NCBI GenBank assembly: GCA_934096715.1
Contig: CAKOMQ010000003.1
Span: forward strand, 5,721-69,720
Direction: 5' to 3'
Source of the DNA: an uncultured Bacilli bacterium
Lineage (GTDB): Bacteria; Bacillota_I; Bacilli_A; RF39; UBA660
Length of the DNA stretch: 64,000 nt
Below are positions 1-9,800 of this stretch, in pieces. A model generated the notes under the pieces. That model ran no database searches. It had not been told where the DNA came from and was given only the letters and a program-made list of their open reading frames with translations. Position 1 is the stretch's first letter; every line of letters starts with the position of its first letter. The position numbers and the translations under genes were made by a program.

Positions 1-91
1 ACCAGTCAGTATAAAAATCTACTAATACTAAATCTTCATTAATTATACTATTAAAATCATTTTCATGTTCTAAATATATCATTCTATTCTC

Positions 92-790
92 CTATCCAAA
101 CATTACGTTATCCATTTTTAATTTTTCGTCTAATATTAAACTTTCAAATTGTTCTTGAGTAATTAAACCTGCCGACATAGCTTTAGTTAATATTTGTAAA
201 TCTAAAGATTCTCTATCAGTATCTTTATCAACTTTTTTTAGCATCTTTATAATATCATTCATACCATCAGTAGTCTTACTAGCCATTTTATTTACAATTG
301 GTGTATATTTCATCATAACAGGTGCTAGATTACTTTCATACACAATACCTGCCACAGGTGGTAATTGTCCAAGAATATATATCACCGCAAGTAAATATAC
401 CCAAGCAGATAATACTCCTACTATAGCTCCTAAAATTTTTGATGGTAGTATCCATACTATAGTTAAATTAAGAAGTGTATTCAAGAAACCTGTTACTGAT
501 AATACAATACTTAATAAGCAATATAATAATATAAAAATTATTAAAAACGCTATTGCATTATAAACAAATATATTAATTGAAAATAAATTATTAAATATTC
601 CACCATAATTAAAGAATGGTAAATACTTAAATAACACTGCTACTATTGTATCTTTAAATGATAAAGCCATTATAATAATTGCTACAATACCTACAAATTT
701 AACCAATGTTTTTAAGATACCTGCTTTCCAACCTGCATAACCACCAAGTGCTAAAAATGCTACAATCAATATGTCCATTACTAAACTCAC
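92..790 (-). CDS. CvpA-family integral membrane protein
   Basis: 232-aa ORF. The N-terminus MDILIVAFLALGGYAGWKAGILKTL and several hydrophobic helices fit the CvpA family layout, followed by a soluble C-terminal tail. Confidence 0.6.
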   Translation of the reverse strand: MSLVMDILIVAFLALGGYAGWKAGILKTLVKFVGIVAIIIMALSFKDTIVAVLFKYLPFFNYGGIFNNLFSINIFVYNAIAFLIIFILLYCLLSIVLSVTGFLNTLLNLTIVWILPSKILGAIVGVLSAWVYLLAVIYILGQLPPVAGIVYESNLAPVMMKYTPIVNKMASKTTDGMNDIIKMLKKVDKDTDRESLDLQILTKAMSAGLITQEQFESLILDEKLKMDNVMFG

Positions 791-875
791 ACTATCATCT
801 CCTTAGGATAATTATATTATAAAATTAATGAAAAATAAAGAAGATTATGATAAAATATTTTTTAGGTGATTAAAA

Positions 876-1796
876 TTGACAATAGTTTTTAAAATAAGTG
901 ACAATATTCGTGATAAAGTAATAAATTATTACAAAGATAAACTAAGAGAAAAAACTCCACCATATGCAGTATTTCAAGCTCAAGAAGAAGATACAATTAT
1001 AACTTTATATGAAAGTGGTAAATTAATGTTTCAAGGAACAAGTGCTGATATAGACGCTAACTTATGGATAGATATGGAAAAGAAGCTTAATAAAAGAGTT
1101 ATTAATTATGATGGAACTGAAACTAAGAAAAAAGAAGTAGATTTCATGGATTTAGACACTATTGGCAGTGATGAAGTTGGTACTGGAGATTATTTTGGAC
1201 CTATTGTAGTAACCGCATCATATGTATCTAAAAGCAATTTTGATTTTCTACTTAACTTAGGTGTAAGAGATTCTAAAAAAATAACAGATGACACTATCCT
1301 AAAAATAGCACCCCAAATAATAGAAAAAATACCCCATGTAACCACTATTATGGATAACACTACTTATAACGAAGCTCAAAATAAAAATGCTAATATGAAT
1401 AAAATAAAAGCATTCTTACATAATAAAGCAATATATAACCTACTTCATAAAGATAACTACTCTTATGCTAAGATAGTAATTGATGAATTTTGCAGTAAAG
1501 AAAACTACTATAAATATTTAGAAGGTCAAGATAATGTAATTAAACATATTACTTTCATGACTAAAGCAGAAGATCAAGTCTTAAGTGTCGCAGCTTCTTC
1601 TATTATAAGTAGATACATTTTCTTAAGAGAGATGGATAAACTTTCTGATGAACTTCATATTCCACTTAAAAAAGGTGCCGGTATTGAAGTAGACAAAGTA
1701 GGAAAAGAAATAGTAGAAACTTATGGCATAGATAAACTTAAATCTATAGCAAAACTTAATTTTAAAAACACAGATAAAATACTAAACAAAGATTAA
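876..1796 (+). CDS. rnhC: Ribonuclease HIII
   Basis: 306-aa ORF with a TTG start after a GGTGA SD. RNase HII/HIII core motif GSDEVGTGDYFGPIVV follows an N-terminal accessory domain. Confidence 0.85.
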   Translation: MTIVFKISDNIRDKVINYYKDKLREKTPPYAVFQAQEEDTIITLYESGKLMFQGTSADIDANLWIDMEKKLNKRVINYDGTETKKKEVDFMDLDTIGSDEVGTGDYFGPIVVTASYVSKSNFDFLLNLGVRDSKKITDDTILKIAPQIIEKIPHVTTIMDNTTYNEAQNKNANMNKIKAFLHNKAIYNLLHKDNYSYAKIVIDEFCSKENYYKYLEGQDNVIKHITFMTKAEDQVLSVAASSIISRYIFLREMDKLSDELHIPLKKGAGIEVDKVGKEIVETYGIDKLKSIAKLNFKNTDKILNKD

Positions 1797-1820
1797 CAGG
1801 AACAACGGTTTCTGTTTTCT
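1797..1820 (+). terminator. Intrinsic terminator after rnhC
   Basis: Hairpin CAGGAAC-AACG-GTTTCTG (one G.U pair) directly after the TAA stop, followed by TTTTCT. Confidence 0.6.
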
Positions 1821-1893
1821 ATTGTAATATCATTTCTCATACTTATATCAACTCCTATCTATTATGAGATAATATAAGTATATCAGATATACA

Positions 1894-1944
1894 AAAAACT
1901 GATAAAATTATCAACTTCTAACATTGACATTATTATCAGTTTTT
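1894..1944. terminator. Long inverted repeat between convergent genes (possible bidirectional terminator)
   Basis: 12-nt arms AAAAACTGATAA / TTATCAGTTTTT with a 27-nt loop. A/T runs sit on both sides. Confidence 0.4.
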
Positions 1945-1998
1945 ATATTAACATTTATAAGTATTAAATTCTATAATAATTTTTATTATCAAGATTTT

Positions 1999-2250
1999 CG
2001 CTAGCCGCACCCGTGCTACAACGCACTAGGCGGCTCTATTATCGAACGCCCTATTGGATCATGAACGGATCGTCAAGTGACCCATTTCCGCCCAAATACG
2101 CTTGATTCGATGTAAGATAGAAGACTGGGCGAGCGCCGCCACCCGCAGGGTACACGCGGCCGTTGTACACGCTACCGTCGCTAGTGACATCCCACGCAGT
2201 GAATTCACCATTGCTATTAGCCCCATAACGAGAAAGCGTCCATTCAAAAG
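1999..2250. other. Local GC-rich patch over the 3' end and 3' flank of the 2051-3580 gene
   Basis: My hand count gives 132 G+C in 2001-2240 (~55%), against AT-rich flanks. Codon usage switches to GCG/GGC/CGC/GTG-type codons only in the last ~65 codons. The patch continues ~50 nt past the stop. Confidence 0.8.
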
Positions 2251-3580
2251 TAGACTTTGTGGTATCATTATTACTTGGATGCATCCACCCTGTTTTTAAT
2301 GTGGCTTGATTTGCAGTAGTACTTCCTCTTAGTGCTAAAGCACTTGAACCTAAGGACATTTGATAGTCACTTGCATACATTAACCCTATTTTGGCACTTG
2401 GTGTTGTCCATTCTCCTACTGTACTTGTTTTCGTACTTCTATTCATTTCATGTAAATATATTTGTTGTGTTGTTATACTATAATAATTTGGTCCATTACT
2501 TCCATCGTATGTTTTTGTGTTTACTGCACTCCATGTCCAATTCTCTATTTTATTTGACCATTCTGTATTTTGTAAGTAATCGTATGTTGTGTTTGTTAAG
2601 AATCCAGAACCATTTAAACTTGTATATAATGTACTATCTTCCCAATTTACATCTTCATTTGTATCATTCCATTTTGCTGATATTAATTGTTTGTATTTGA
2701 TTAGTTTAACATGATTATTTCCGTTTGAATCAGGGAATACTCCAATTATTCTATACATGTATTTATCTTGATTTGTTGTACATTCTGATTTGTTATTTAT
2801 ACCAAAGCAGATAAAGTTATCTGGGTTAGTACTAGTTCCTACTGCGCCACTTCCTGTATATCTATAGCCATCTCCTTCTAGTCCACTTTGCCATAAGTTA
2901 CCTGAATCAATTAAATATTGTGCTAGTACTGGACCAGGTTCGTGTAACTTACATGAGAATGCCTTTTTATCTCCACTTGTATATGGTTCAATTTTTATTA
3001 TGTATGAATTACCTACTAGTTTATCTTGAGTATTTGCTGTATTTGTTACACTACTTGTTAGTGGTATTGATACACTTTGTCCTTTTGTTAAGTTTTTAAT
3101 TTCTCCACTTACTATGATTCCATTAGTTCCAGCAGTCGTAAGTTCCTTAAGAGTCATTGTCTTTTCTCCAACTACTACTTTTACATCTGAGTCACTATTA
3201 TCTGTTATTGGATTAGTTACTGTTGCTGTTACCTTATAATTATAAGTACAGTCTAGCGCTTCATCTCCTTCTGGTAATTGTGCTGTTGCTAATGTATAGT
3301 TTGGATTAGTTTCAAGTGCTAGTCCATTCTCGTTTTCATTAGCATAATAAGTCTTACCTGCATTTGCTTGACTCATTAGATTCGCATCTAAATTTAGATA
3401 TAACTTAGATGTTTTAATTTGCATTGTTGGATTTCCTAAGTTGTTTGCTTTACCTGATACCTTAGCCCCCGTCTTATCACTAGTTGCATTTATACTAAAG
3501 TATGCATATGTTCCGCCTACTAATAGTAATAATGCAAAAGTGAATGCTACAACTATAAGTTGCTTTTTCTTTTCATTCAT
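2051..3580 (-). CDS. Secreted/surface protein with SipW-type (TasA/camelysin-like) signal peptide
   Basis: 509-aa ORF with an AAAGGAAAGG SD. The N-terminus KKKQLIVVAFTFALLLLVGGTYAYFS carries the GG-T-[FY]-A-Y-F motif of SipW-cognate signal peptides. The C-terminus (WTLSR...GGGARPVFYL...GNGSLDDPFMI) resembles a domain ending recurrent in Firmicute surface proteins. Confidence 0.6.
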   Translation of the reverse strand: MNEKKKQLIVVAFTFALLLLVGGTYAYFSINATSDKTGAKVSGKANNLGNPTMQIKTSKLYLNLDANLMSQANAGKTYYANENENGLALETNPNYTLATAQLPEGDEALDCTYNYKVTATVTNPITDNSDSDVKVVVGEKTMTLKELTTAGTNGIIVSGEIKNLTKGQSVSIPLTSSVTNTANTQDKLVGNSYIIKIEPYTSGDKKAFSCKLHEPGPVLAQYLIDSGNLWQSGLEGDGYRYTGSGAVGTSTNPDNFICFGINNKSECTTNQDKYMYRIIGVFPDSNGNNHVKLIKYKQLISAKWNDTNEDVNWEDSTLYTSLNGSGFLTNTTYDYLQNTEWSNKIENWTWSAVNTKTYDGSNGPNYYSITTQQIYLHEMNRSTKTSTVGEWTTPSAKIGLMYASDYQMSLGSSALALRGSTTANQATLKTGWMHPSNNDTTKSTFEWTLSRYGANSNGEFTAWDVTSDGSVYNGRVYPAGGGARPVFYLTSNQAYLGGNGSLDDPFMIQ

Positions 3581-3659
3581 AATACCTTTCCTTTTCTATA
3601 TACTAAAAAAAGACTATTGCTAGCCTTTAATCATTCTATACACTTCAGTTTGTTTCTTG

Positions 3660-3669
3660 CCCCCCCCCC
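3660..3669. repeat. C10 (G10 on coding strand) homopolymer tract in the upstream region of the 2051-3580 gene
   Basis: Ten consecutive C at 3660-3669, about 80 nt upstream of the ATG. It lies between a 7-bp palindrome (3702-3718) and a -10-like TATAGAAT. Confidence 0.9.
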
Positions 3670-3815
3670 AGCACGTATTCCAGTGTACCGAGAGAGAACT
3701 TTATAACTATAAGTTATATAAATTTCGGGCTAAAATTAATATCAATTATCTTCTTTTATTATCAAATTAATCATAACATTTTTTTAATAGTAATACAATA
3801 CTTAAAATATATACT

Positions 3816-4466
3816 TTACATATTTTTGTCTAGAGTGTTTTTATAAATAGGCATTGGTTTATCAAATGTTACTTCATTAAATCTTTCAACACCTTGCTCT
3901 TCACAAAGTTCTAAATATAAATCATCCCATGATAGTCTATAAGCATCATTAATATTTAATCCAAGTTTACTAACATAATTTTTAACAACTTCTTCAGAAT
4001 TTTTTGAAGTACTCTTGTTTTCTATTTCTATACATACTCCAAAAGGATATTCATCTACTGATATTTCAATATCTTCATTTTCAAATACAGTTCTATACCT
4101 TTCATAATTCTCTACTACTTCAAAATGCATTACATTATTTATTATATATATAAAGTTATCAAAGTCTAAAGGATTAATTCTTACTTCTTTTTCTTCTTCT
4201 TTATTAACTTCACTTTTAGTAGTGTATTTTAATCTTTTTTTAAAGCTAAGCTTACACTTTGTTTCAAATTCATTAGAAGATATTCTTAATCTAAATCTAC
4301 CATCTATTTTTTCACTATAAAAATTATATCTTTTATCTGAATGATTATATTGAATAGTTTTTTCATAAGTTCTAGGTTGTTCTTTTAAATTATCTTCTTT
4401 TCTTAATTTACATAAAATATTATTTAATTCTTCAAAAGAATAATAAAATCTAACTTCATATTCCAT
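3816..4466 (-). CDS. CYTH-domain protein (class IV adenylate cyclase / triphosphate tunnel metalloenzyme-like)
   Basis: 216-aa ORF. N-terminal MEYEVRF (ExExK-type strand), a later RLRIS strand and C-terminal ISVDEYPFGVCIEIE match the CYTH beta-barrel pattern. Confidence 0.55.
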   Translation of the reverse strand: MEYEVRFYYSFEELNNILCKLRKEDNLKEQPRTYEKTIQYNHSDKRYNFYSEKIDGRFRLRISSNEFETKCKLSFKKRLKYTTKSEVNKEEEKEVRINPLDFDNFIYIINNVMHFEVVENYERYRTVFENEDIEISVDEYPFGVCIEIENKSTSKNSEEVVKNYVSKLGLNINDAYRLSWDDLYLELCEEQGVERFNEVTFDKPMPIYKNTLDKNM

Positions 4467-4532
4467 ATTTAAACTCTCCTTATTTATTTTTTATCTATCT
4501 AACAACAAAAAACAAGACAAATAATTATCTTG

Positions 4533-5006
4533 CTACTTTCTAGATATACCATCATCCCAGAATGCTAAAGGATTTTTCCATTCAGGATAATGAGTATTAG
4601 CGTACTCTATACACACATCTTCTAATTCTTGTAGTTTTCTCATACAATCAATCACATTAACATAATCATTATATTCTACACTATCTGCTTCAAATAATAC
4701 TTCATCACTATTACCAAAATATACGCTCACTGTCTTTTTATGTTTATTATAAACAGTAACTTTTTGTTTAACAGAATAATAAGTATTTAAAAGCATACTA
4801 TTAAATGTAGAATTTCTTACTATACTTCCCCTTATTCTATTTGCTGAATCAAGTAGAAAAGACACATTATCTACATAGTCATGAATAGTAAATCCTTCTG
4901 GTAATGTAACTTTATAATTACTATCACCTATACTTTCAAATATAAATCCAAGTTCCTTATAATCATCTATACTAGGATGCATTTTACTAATTATAATTTC
5001 ATTCAT
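4533..5006 (-). CDS. Hypothetical cytoplasmic protein (ends ...WDDGISRK)
   Basis: 157-aa ORF with no signal peptide and no family recognised. Confidence 0.45.
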   Translation of the reverse strand: MNEIIISKMHPSIDDYKELGFIFESIGDSNYKVTLPEGFTIHDYVDNVSFLLDSANRIRGSIVRNSTFNSMLLNTYYSVKQKVTVYNKHKKTVSVYFGNSDEVLFEADSVEYNDYVNVIDCMRKLQELEDVCIEYANTHYPEWKNPLAFWDDGISRK

Positions 5007-5046
5007 ATTGTATTTCCCCTATTAAAACAATAAGTTAAGCACTAAC

Positions 5047-5679
5047 TTAACTTATTAAATCATTATCAGCAATTTGATTAAAATATTTATTTCCACCTTC
5101 ATCAAAACTAACTGCTTCTGCGCCTTTATAACTACTTGATCTAAAACTCAAATAATTATGCATAGTATCTAAAGAATATAAGAAGTCTATCATAGCTTCA
5201 TTAACATTCTTTGGTATATTATTCATATATCTAGTATATGAACCACTACTATAAACAGTAAACTGATTTGGTGCGATTGCTTGATAATATATATTATTTC
5301 CTGCATTTTTTCCAAAAACATTACTTACATGGTTATTCCATCTTCTAGAGATAGTTCTATTATAAATAACATTTATAACTGCATAAGCATCATTATAAGA
5401 ACCTGTTTTAGATTCACTAGCTACAATAGACGCTACTACATTATACATATTATTATCTAAACTATGTTTTTTTAATACTTCGCTTTTCTTATCACTATAT
5501 GATAATTCACTAGCGTAAGCTAACTTATCATATTTCTTATAAGTACTAACAAGCATTTGAGAATTTTCATTATAATATGTTGTACTTCTACTAGTAAATG
5601 TACTAGACATTACCATAGTTAATATAAATATATAAATAAAAATTCGATAAAAATTTTTCTTGGCCTTTTTATTTTTCAA
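5047..5679 (-). CDS. SleB/CwlJ-like cell wall hydrolase (Hydrolase_2-like), membrane anchored
   Basis: 210-aa ORF with a TTG start and an N-terminal TM/signal (FYRIFIYIFILTMVM). The core ASESKTGSYNDAYAVINVIYNR...APNQFTV resembles the SleB/CwlJ catalytic domain. Confidence 0.5.
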   Translation of the reverse strand: MKNKKAKKNFYRIFIYIFILTMVMSSTFTSRSTTYYNENSQMLVSTYKKYDKLAYASELSYSDKKSEVLKKHSLDNNMYNVVASIVASESKTGSYNDAYAVINVIYNRTISRRWNNHVSNVFGKNAGNNIYYQAIAPNQFTVYSSGSYTRYMNNIPKNVNEAMIDFLYSLDTMHNYLSFRSSSYKGAEAVSFDEGGNKYFNQIADNDLIS

Positions 5680-5738
5680 TAATTTAGCCGTGAGTCAATG
5701 CATTTTAATATTTCCTCCCTTATCGGCGCACGGTTAAT

Positions 5739-5767
5739 ATAATAGCATATTTCTCTCATTTTGTCAA
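5739..5767 (-). promoter_or_regulatory. Sigma-A-type promoter of the SleB-like gene
   Basis: On the minus strand: TTGACA (5767-5762), 17 nt, TATTAT (5744-5739), with TGC just upstream (extended -10). Confidence 0.6.
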
Positions 5768-5804
5768 ATAATGTAAAATAGCAAATATTACCATACTATT
5801 ACTA

Positions 5805-6755
5805 TTATTCACAATTCTTAATAATATATTTATATAAAAGTAGCTCATTATCAACATTTTCACTTTTAAGAATCACATCATATTTAGCTAAATCTATAAG
5901 CATACTTTCTAGTTCTTTTTTATTATATATTCTTAAATAGTTATCATATTTTTTATATTGAAATTCTTGCATACCCATCTCTTTTAAGATATCTCTATAA
6001 CCTAATTTTTTATCCTTTAATAACTCTATATATAATGTCTTTCTAACTTCACTAGCTAAAGACATAAATACTACGATTGGATCTATCTTATAAGTCTTTA
6101 ATATAACTATATTATTAATACTATCATATAGTTTTCTTTCCATAATAGAATCTACTAATATATAAGTATTATCACTAATAAGTTTACCACATAATTTAGT
6201 AACATCTTCATTGTTAATAGAACATGGCTTATTATAATAAATCATTATTTTATCTAGTTCCTTTATAGATATATCAAAATTACTTAAAGAAGAATCTAAT
6301 ATATACCAAAGACTCTTATCTTCTATTCTATAGTTTAATTCTTCAACATACTTTTTAAGCTCATTTTTCATATCAGTTTTATACATAGAAGGTATTTCTA
6401 TATAATTATTATTATCCATTATTAACTTAGTAATTTTCTTCCTACTATCAGGCTTTTTATCTAATAAGAATATTATATAAGTATCTTTATTTTCATTATT
6501 TAGATATCTGGTTAATTTCTCTATCTCTTCATCTTGTTTTTTAGTATCTTTCTTACCTTGATTAAAATAAGGAGCATTTCTAACTACTATATATTTCTTA
6601 TCTCCAAACATAGATACAAAAGAAGCTTCACTTAAAACTTCATCAAGTGTATTACATGCTAAATCATAAGAAACGTAAGAGTTATCACTAACTATCTTTT
6701 TGAGTTCCTTATTAACAAAATAATTAATTGTACCACTTATAATATATGTATTCAT
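5805..6755 (-). CDS. holA: DNA polymerase III subunit delta
   Basis: 316-aa ORF. Pattern FGDKKYIVVRNA...LTRYLNNENKDTYIIFLL...DSRKKITKL...ELDKIMIY is typical of HolA. Confidence 0.7.
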   Translation of the reverse strand: MNTYIISGTINYFVNKELKKIVSDNSYVSYDLACNTLDEVLSEASFVSMFGDKKYIVVRNAPYFNQGKKDTKKQDEEIEKLTRYLNNENKDTYIIFLLDKKPDSRKKITKLIMDNNNYIEIPSMYKTDMKNELKKYVEELNYRIEDKSLWYILDSSLSNFDISIKELDKIMIYYNKPCSINNEDVTKLCGKLISDNTYILVDSIMERKLYDSINNIVILKTYKIDPIVVFMSLASEVRKTLYIELLKDKKLGYRDILKEMGMQEFQYKKYDNYLRIYNKKELESMLIDLAKYDVILKSENVDNELLLYKYIIKNCE

Positions 6756-6777
6756 AACAATCTAATTTTATCAAATA

Positions 6778-6802
6778 AAAAGAAAAAGAGCAATCGCTCT
6801 TT
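6778..6802 (-). terminator. Intrinsic terminator after the 1303-aa surface protein gene
   Basis: AGAGC-GATT-GCTCT hairpin followed by TTTTTCTTTTT on the minus strand. Confidence 0.6.
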
Positions 6803-6849
6803 CATCTATATAAACATTATATAATGTACTTTATTATATGAAATAAATT

Positions 6850-9800
6850 TTAAAATGTAACTCTTTTTCTATTTTTAATTATTAAAACTATTAATACTAT
6901 TATTATACCTAACATGATATACATTAATTTACTATAACTCTTACTAGAGTTTTCATAATAACTAGTATCTTCTTTAGTATCCTTCTTTATGGTATTATCT
7001 TCTTTTTTAGAATTATCATCTATAATATTGGAATTATTACTATTAACTTTATTAGTAGTATTCTTAATAGAATCAACAGTCGCAAGTATACTACCCTTAT
7101 TACCAGCTTGATCTTGATAACTAAATATAAATTCTCCATTACTAGTAAATTCATAATAATCTAGTCCATTATTATTTAAAATACTAACATTCTTTTTATC
7201 AAAAGTAACTTTAGCTATTACAGTATTATTATTAGTCTTAGTATAAGTAACACTAGCAGAAGGGCCTATTCTATCTATCCAAGTAACTTTGGATGTAGCA
7301 TAACCAATATTACCTGCTTTATCTTTAAACTTAAATATATATTCTCCATTATCAACAAATATAAACTTATATGGATTATCATTTAAACTATCACTAAGAA
7401 CTTCTACTTCTTCATTAACACTTAATGTAGCAGTAACATTATTATTAGTTATACTATTAATATCATAAGTTATTTTACCTACTGGAGATATTTTATCTAT
7501 CCAATCAACTTTCGCTACTATCCTAGTCTCATTATAAGTAAAGTTATCTCTTAATATAAAAGTAAACTCCCCATTATCAGTAAATACATGTTCACTACCA
7601 CCTTCACTTATAATAGTAGTATTATCTTTATCATAATCAATTAATTTAACAGTAACATCTTGATTAGTAATAGAAGTAGTACTATAAACTAGACTACCTG
7701 TAGGGCTACTCATCTTAGTAGAATCTTGATATAGATTAAACATACGAGCAGCAAACCAATTACCATTAGATGCATTAGTTGCTGCAACTCTAACATACAT
7801 CACTTCATTTGTAGGATCAGTTTCTATTCTCTTAATATTTTCAAATCCATTATTTATATCATTTTGATTACCAGTATATTCTAAATTATTCATCTCACCC
7901 AGTAAGAAAAAGTTAACTCCATCCATACTGCCTTCAATTTTACCATCAATTATTTTTCCATTACCACCACCAGCTGGAATATATTCCAAAAGTGACAAGT
8001 GAATAGAATTTTTTAATTTAATAGTAATATATCTTTCAGTATCATTTCCATTCCAATCAGAATGCCATCTAGTATAGTAGTTACCATCTATTACATTCTT
8101 AGCACTTCCATCATGGTTAGTTGCTTCACTTGATACACCAGCTATTTCTAAATAACTAATTGGAACATACTTCTTATCCATTTCTACTTGATCTAATGTA
8201 AAATCAAAAGTAATATAATTACCTGGTAAACTAGTACCTGTACGAGAATACCTAACATCTACACTAGTATTACCACTTAAATCTGGATATTCATCTTTAT
8301 AAGATATCCAAGTACTAGTACCATGTATTCTCCATTCCATCTCTTTAGTAGATCCTATTACCTTATTTTCTAAATCATTATTATATAAAGTATTTTCTTT
8401 TATATCTTTTTTAGTAATATCTATTATATAACTAGGTTTATTTATATCAAGTCCATCTATATAAATAAGAATATCATCTTCTTCATTTATAGATTCTATT
8501 TCTTCTAAAGATAATTCATACATCTTATCAAGTATCGAAGATGACTTAGTTACTCCACCATCTAAACTATAATGCCAAGATAAATCATAATCTTTATATA
8601 AATCATTAAATATAATCTTATTTTTATTATCACCATCAAATGAGAATGTAGCTATTTCACTATCAACTATATCTAAAAGAACTTTACTAACTTCACGTGT
8701 TGCTTTATCAGTTATTTGATTACCACCATCTTTAATACTTGCTTTAACTAATGCATCATGTTCCTTATTAATAATATCTATACCTAGACTATTAGTTAAA
8801 TGTGGTTTTATAAGTTTAAGTAAATCACTCATTGCCATTGGATAATATGTATAGCTATCAATAATCTTTATAGCCAAATTATGCCATTCTTCATCACTTA
8901 CATTATTCTTTTCATATTCTTTTATTAAATAATCATATGTATCTAAATTTAAATTCCATATATTAAGAGACTCATTATAAATAGATGTCTTATTTTGATA
9001 AGAATTAGCAAGTAAATTAATTAAATAAGATTTTTCATATAAATCATAATTATTTATATTATCTTGTTCCAAATATACATAAGAAGCACTATAACCTGAA
9101 GATGACGCCGTTGATATATTATTTATAAATGGTTTATTAGCCCAGTTAAATATAGTCCTATAAACTTTAGCACTATACCAACTAGTACCACTTTTACCCC
9201 ATCCAAATATATTATTAGCTATATTAAACGTTCCTGTACCGTCAGAATTTTCTATATAATATAATACTGCTTCATGACCAGGTTGATATATTCCAATAGT
9301 TGGTCTACCTATACTATTAAACAGTGATTGAAATACACGAGATTGATTCCAACAAATACCACCCTTATTGATAACCATCCAGTATCTTTGTATTTTATCA
9401 CCAATTGGTACTCCATACTCAGATAGTTTATACAAAGTATCCCATTTATCCTTATATAATAGAGAATGAAATTCTTCATCATTATAACTTGTTCCATGTC
9501 CTATATGATTTACATACTTATATACACTTTCATTATTATTATTAATTCTTGTATAATAGTTTAACCATTTTATTTCATCATTACGAGCTCCATCACTCAT
9601 AAGTATACGCATTAACTCAACTTTATAGTTTTCAAAAGCTTCTTTATAACTACCAAATAATCCATCGTCATATAGTTTTTTATATATATTAAATCTTTCT
9701 TTATAATCGTATGTAGGAGCAACATGAGCATAATTAAGAGAAGACGCAACCGTATCAGATGAATAAGTTGCAGAAAGTCCTATAATCATTTTTCTATAAA

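Noticed and set aside
1999-2262. Diversity-generating retroelement variable region as the explanation of the GC-rich 3' end.
   Set aside because: There is no reverse transcriptase, accessory gene or template repeat anywhere in the 64 kb. Both A and T are depleted, not A alone. It is kept only as a hypothesis to test genome-wide.
2059-2700. ORFs 2059-2268(-), 2102-2299(+) and 2332-2700(+), and also 3441-3623(+), overlapping the surface-protein gene.
   Set aside because: The first two exist only because the GC-rich patch is poor in stop codons. The others are L/F/Y-rich antisense translations. The 2051-3580 frame has a recognisable signal peptide and C-terminal domain.
5695-5697. In-frame TGA as evidence for genetic code 4 (UGA = Trp).
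   Set aside because: Long genes (rpoB, rpoC, pnp, the 1303-aa ORF) are uninterrupted under the standard code, and def terminates at TGA at a sensible position. A genome-wide reassignment is not supported.
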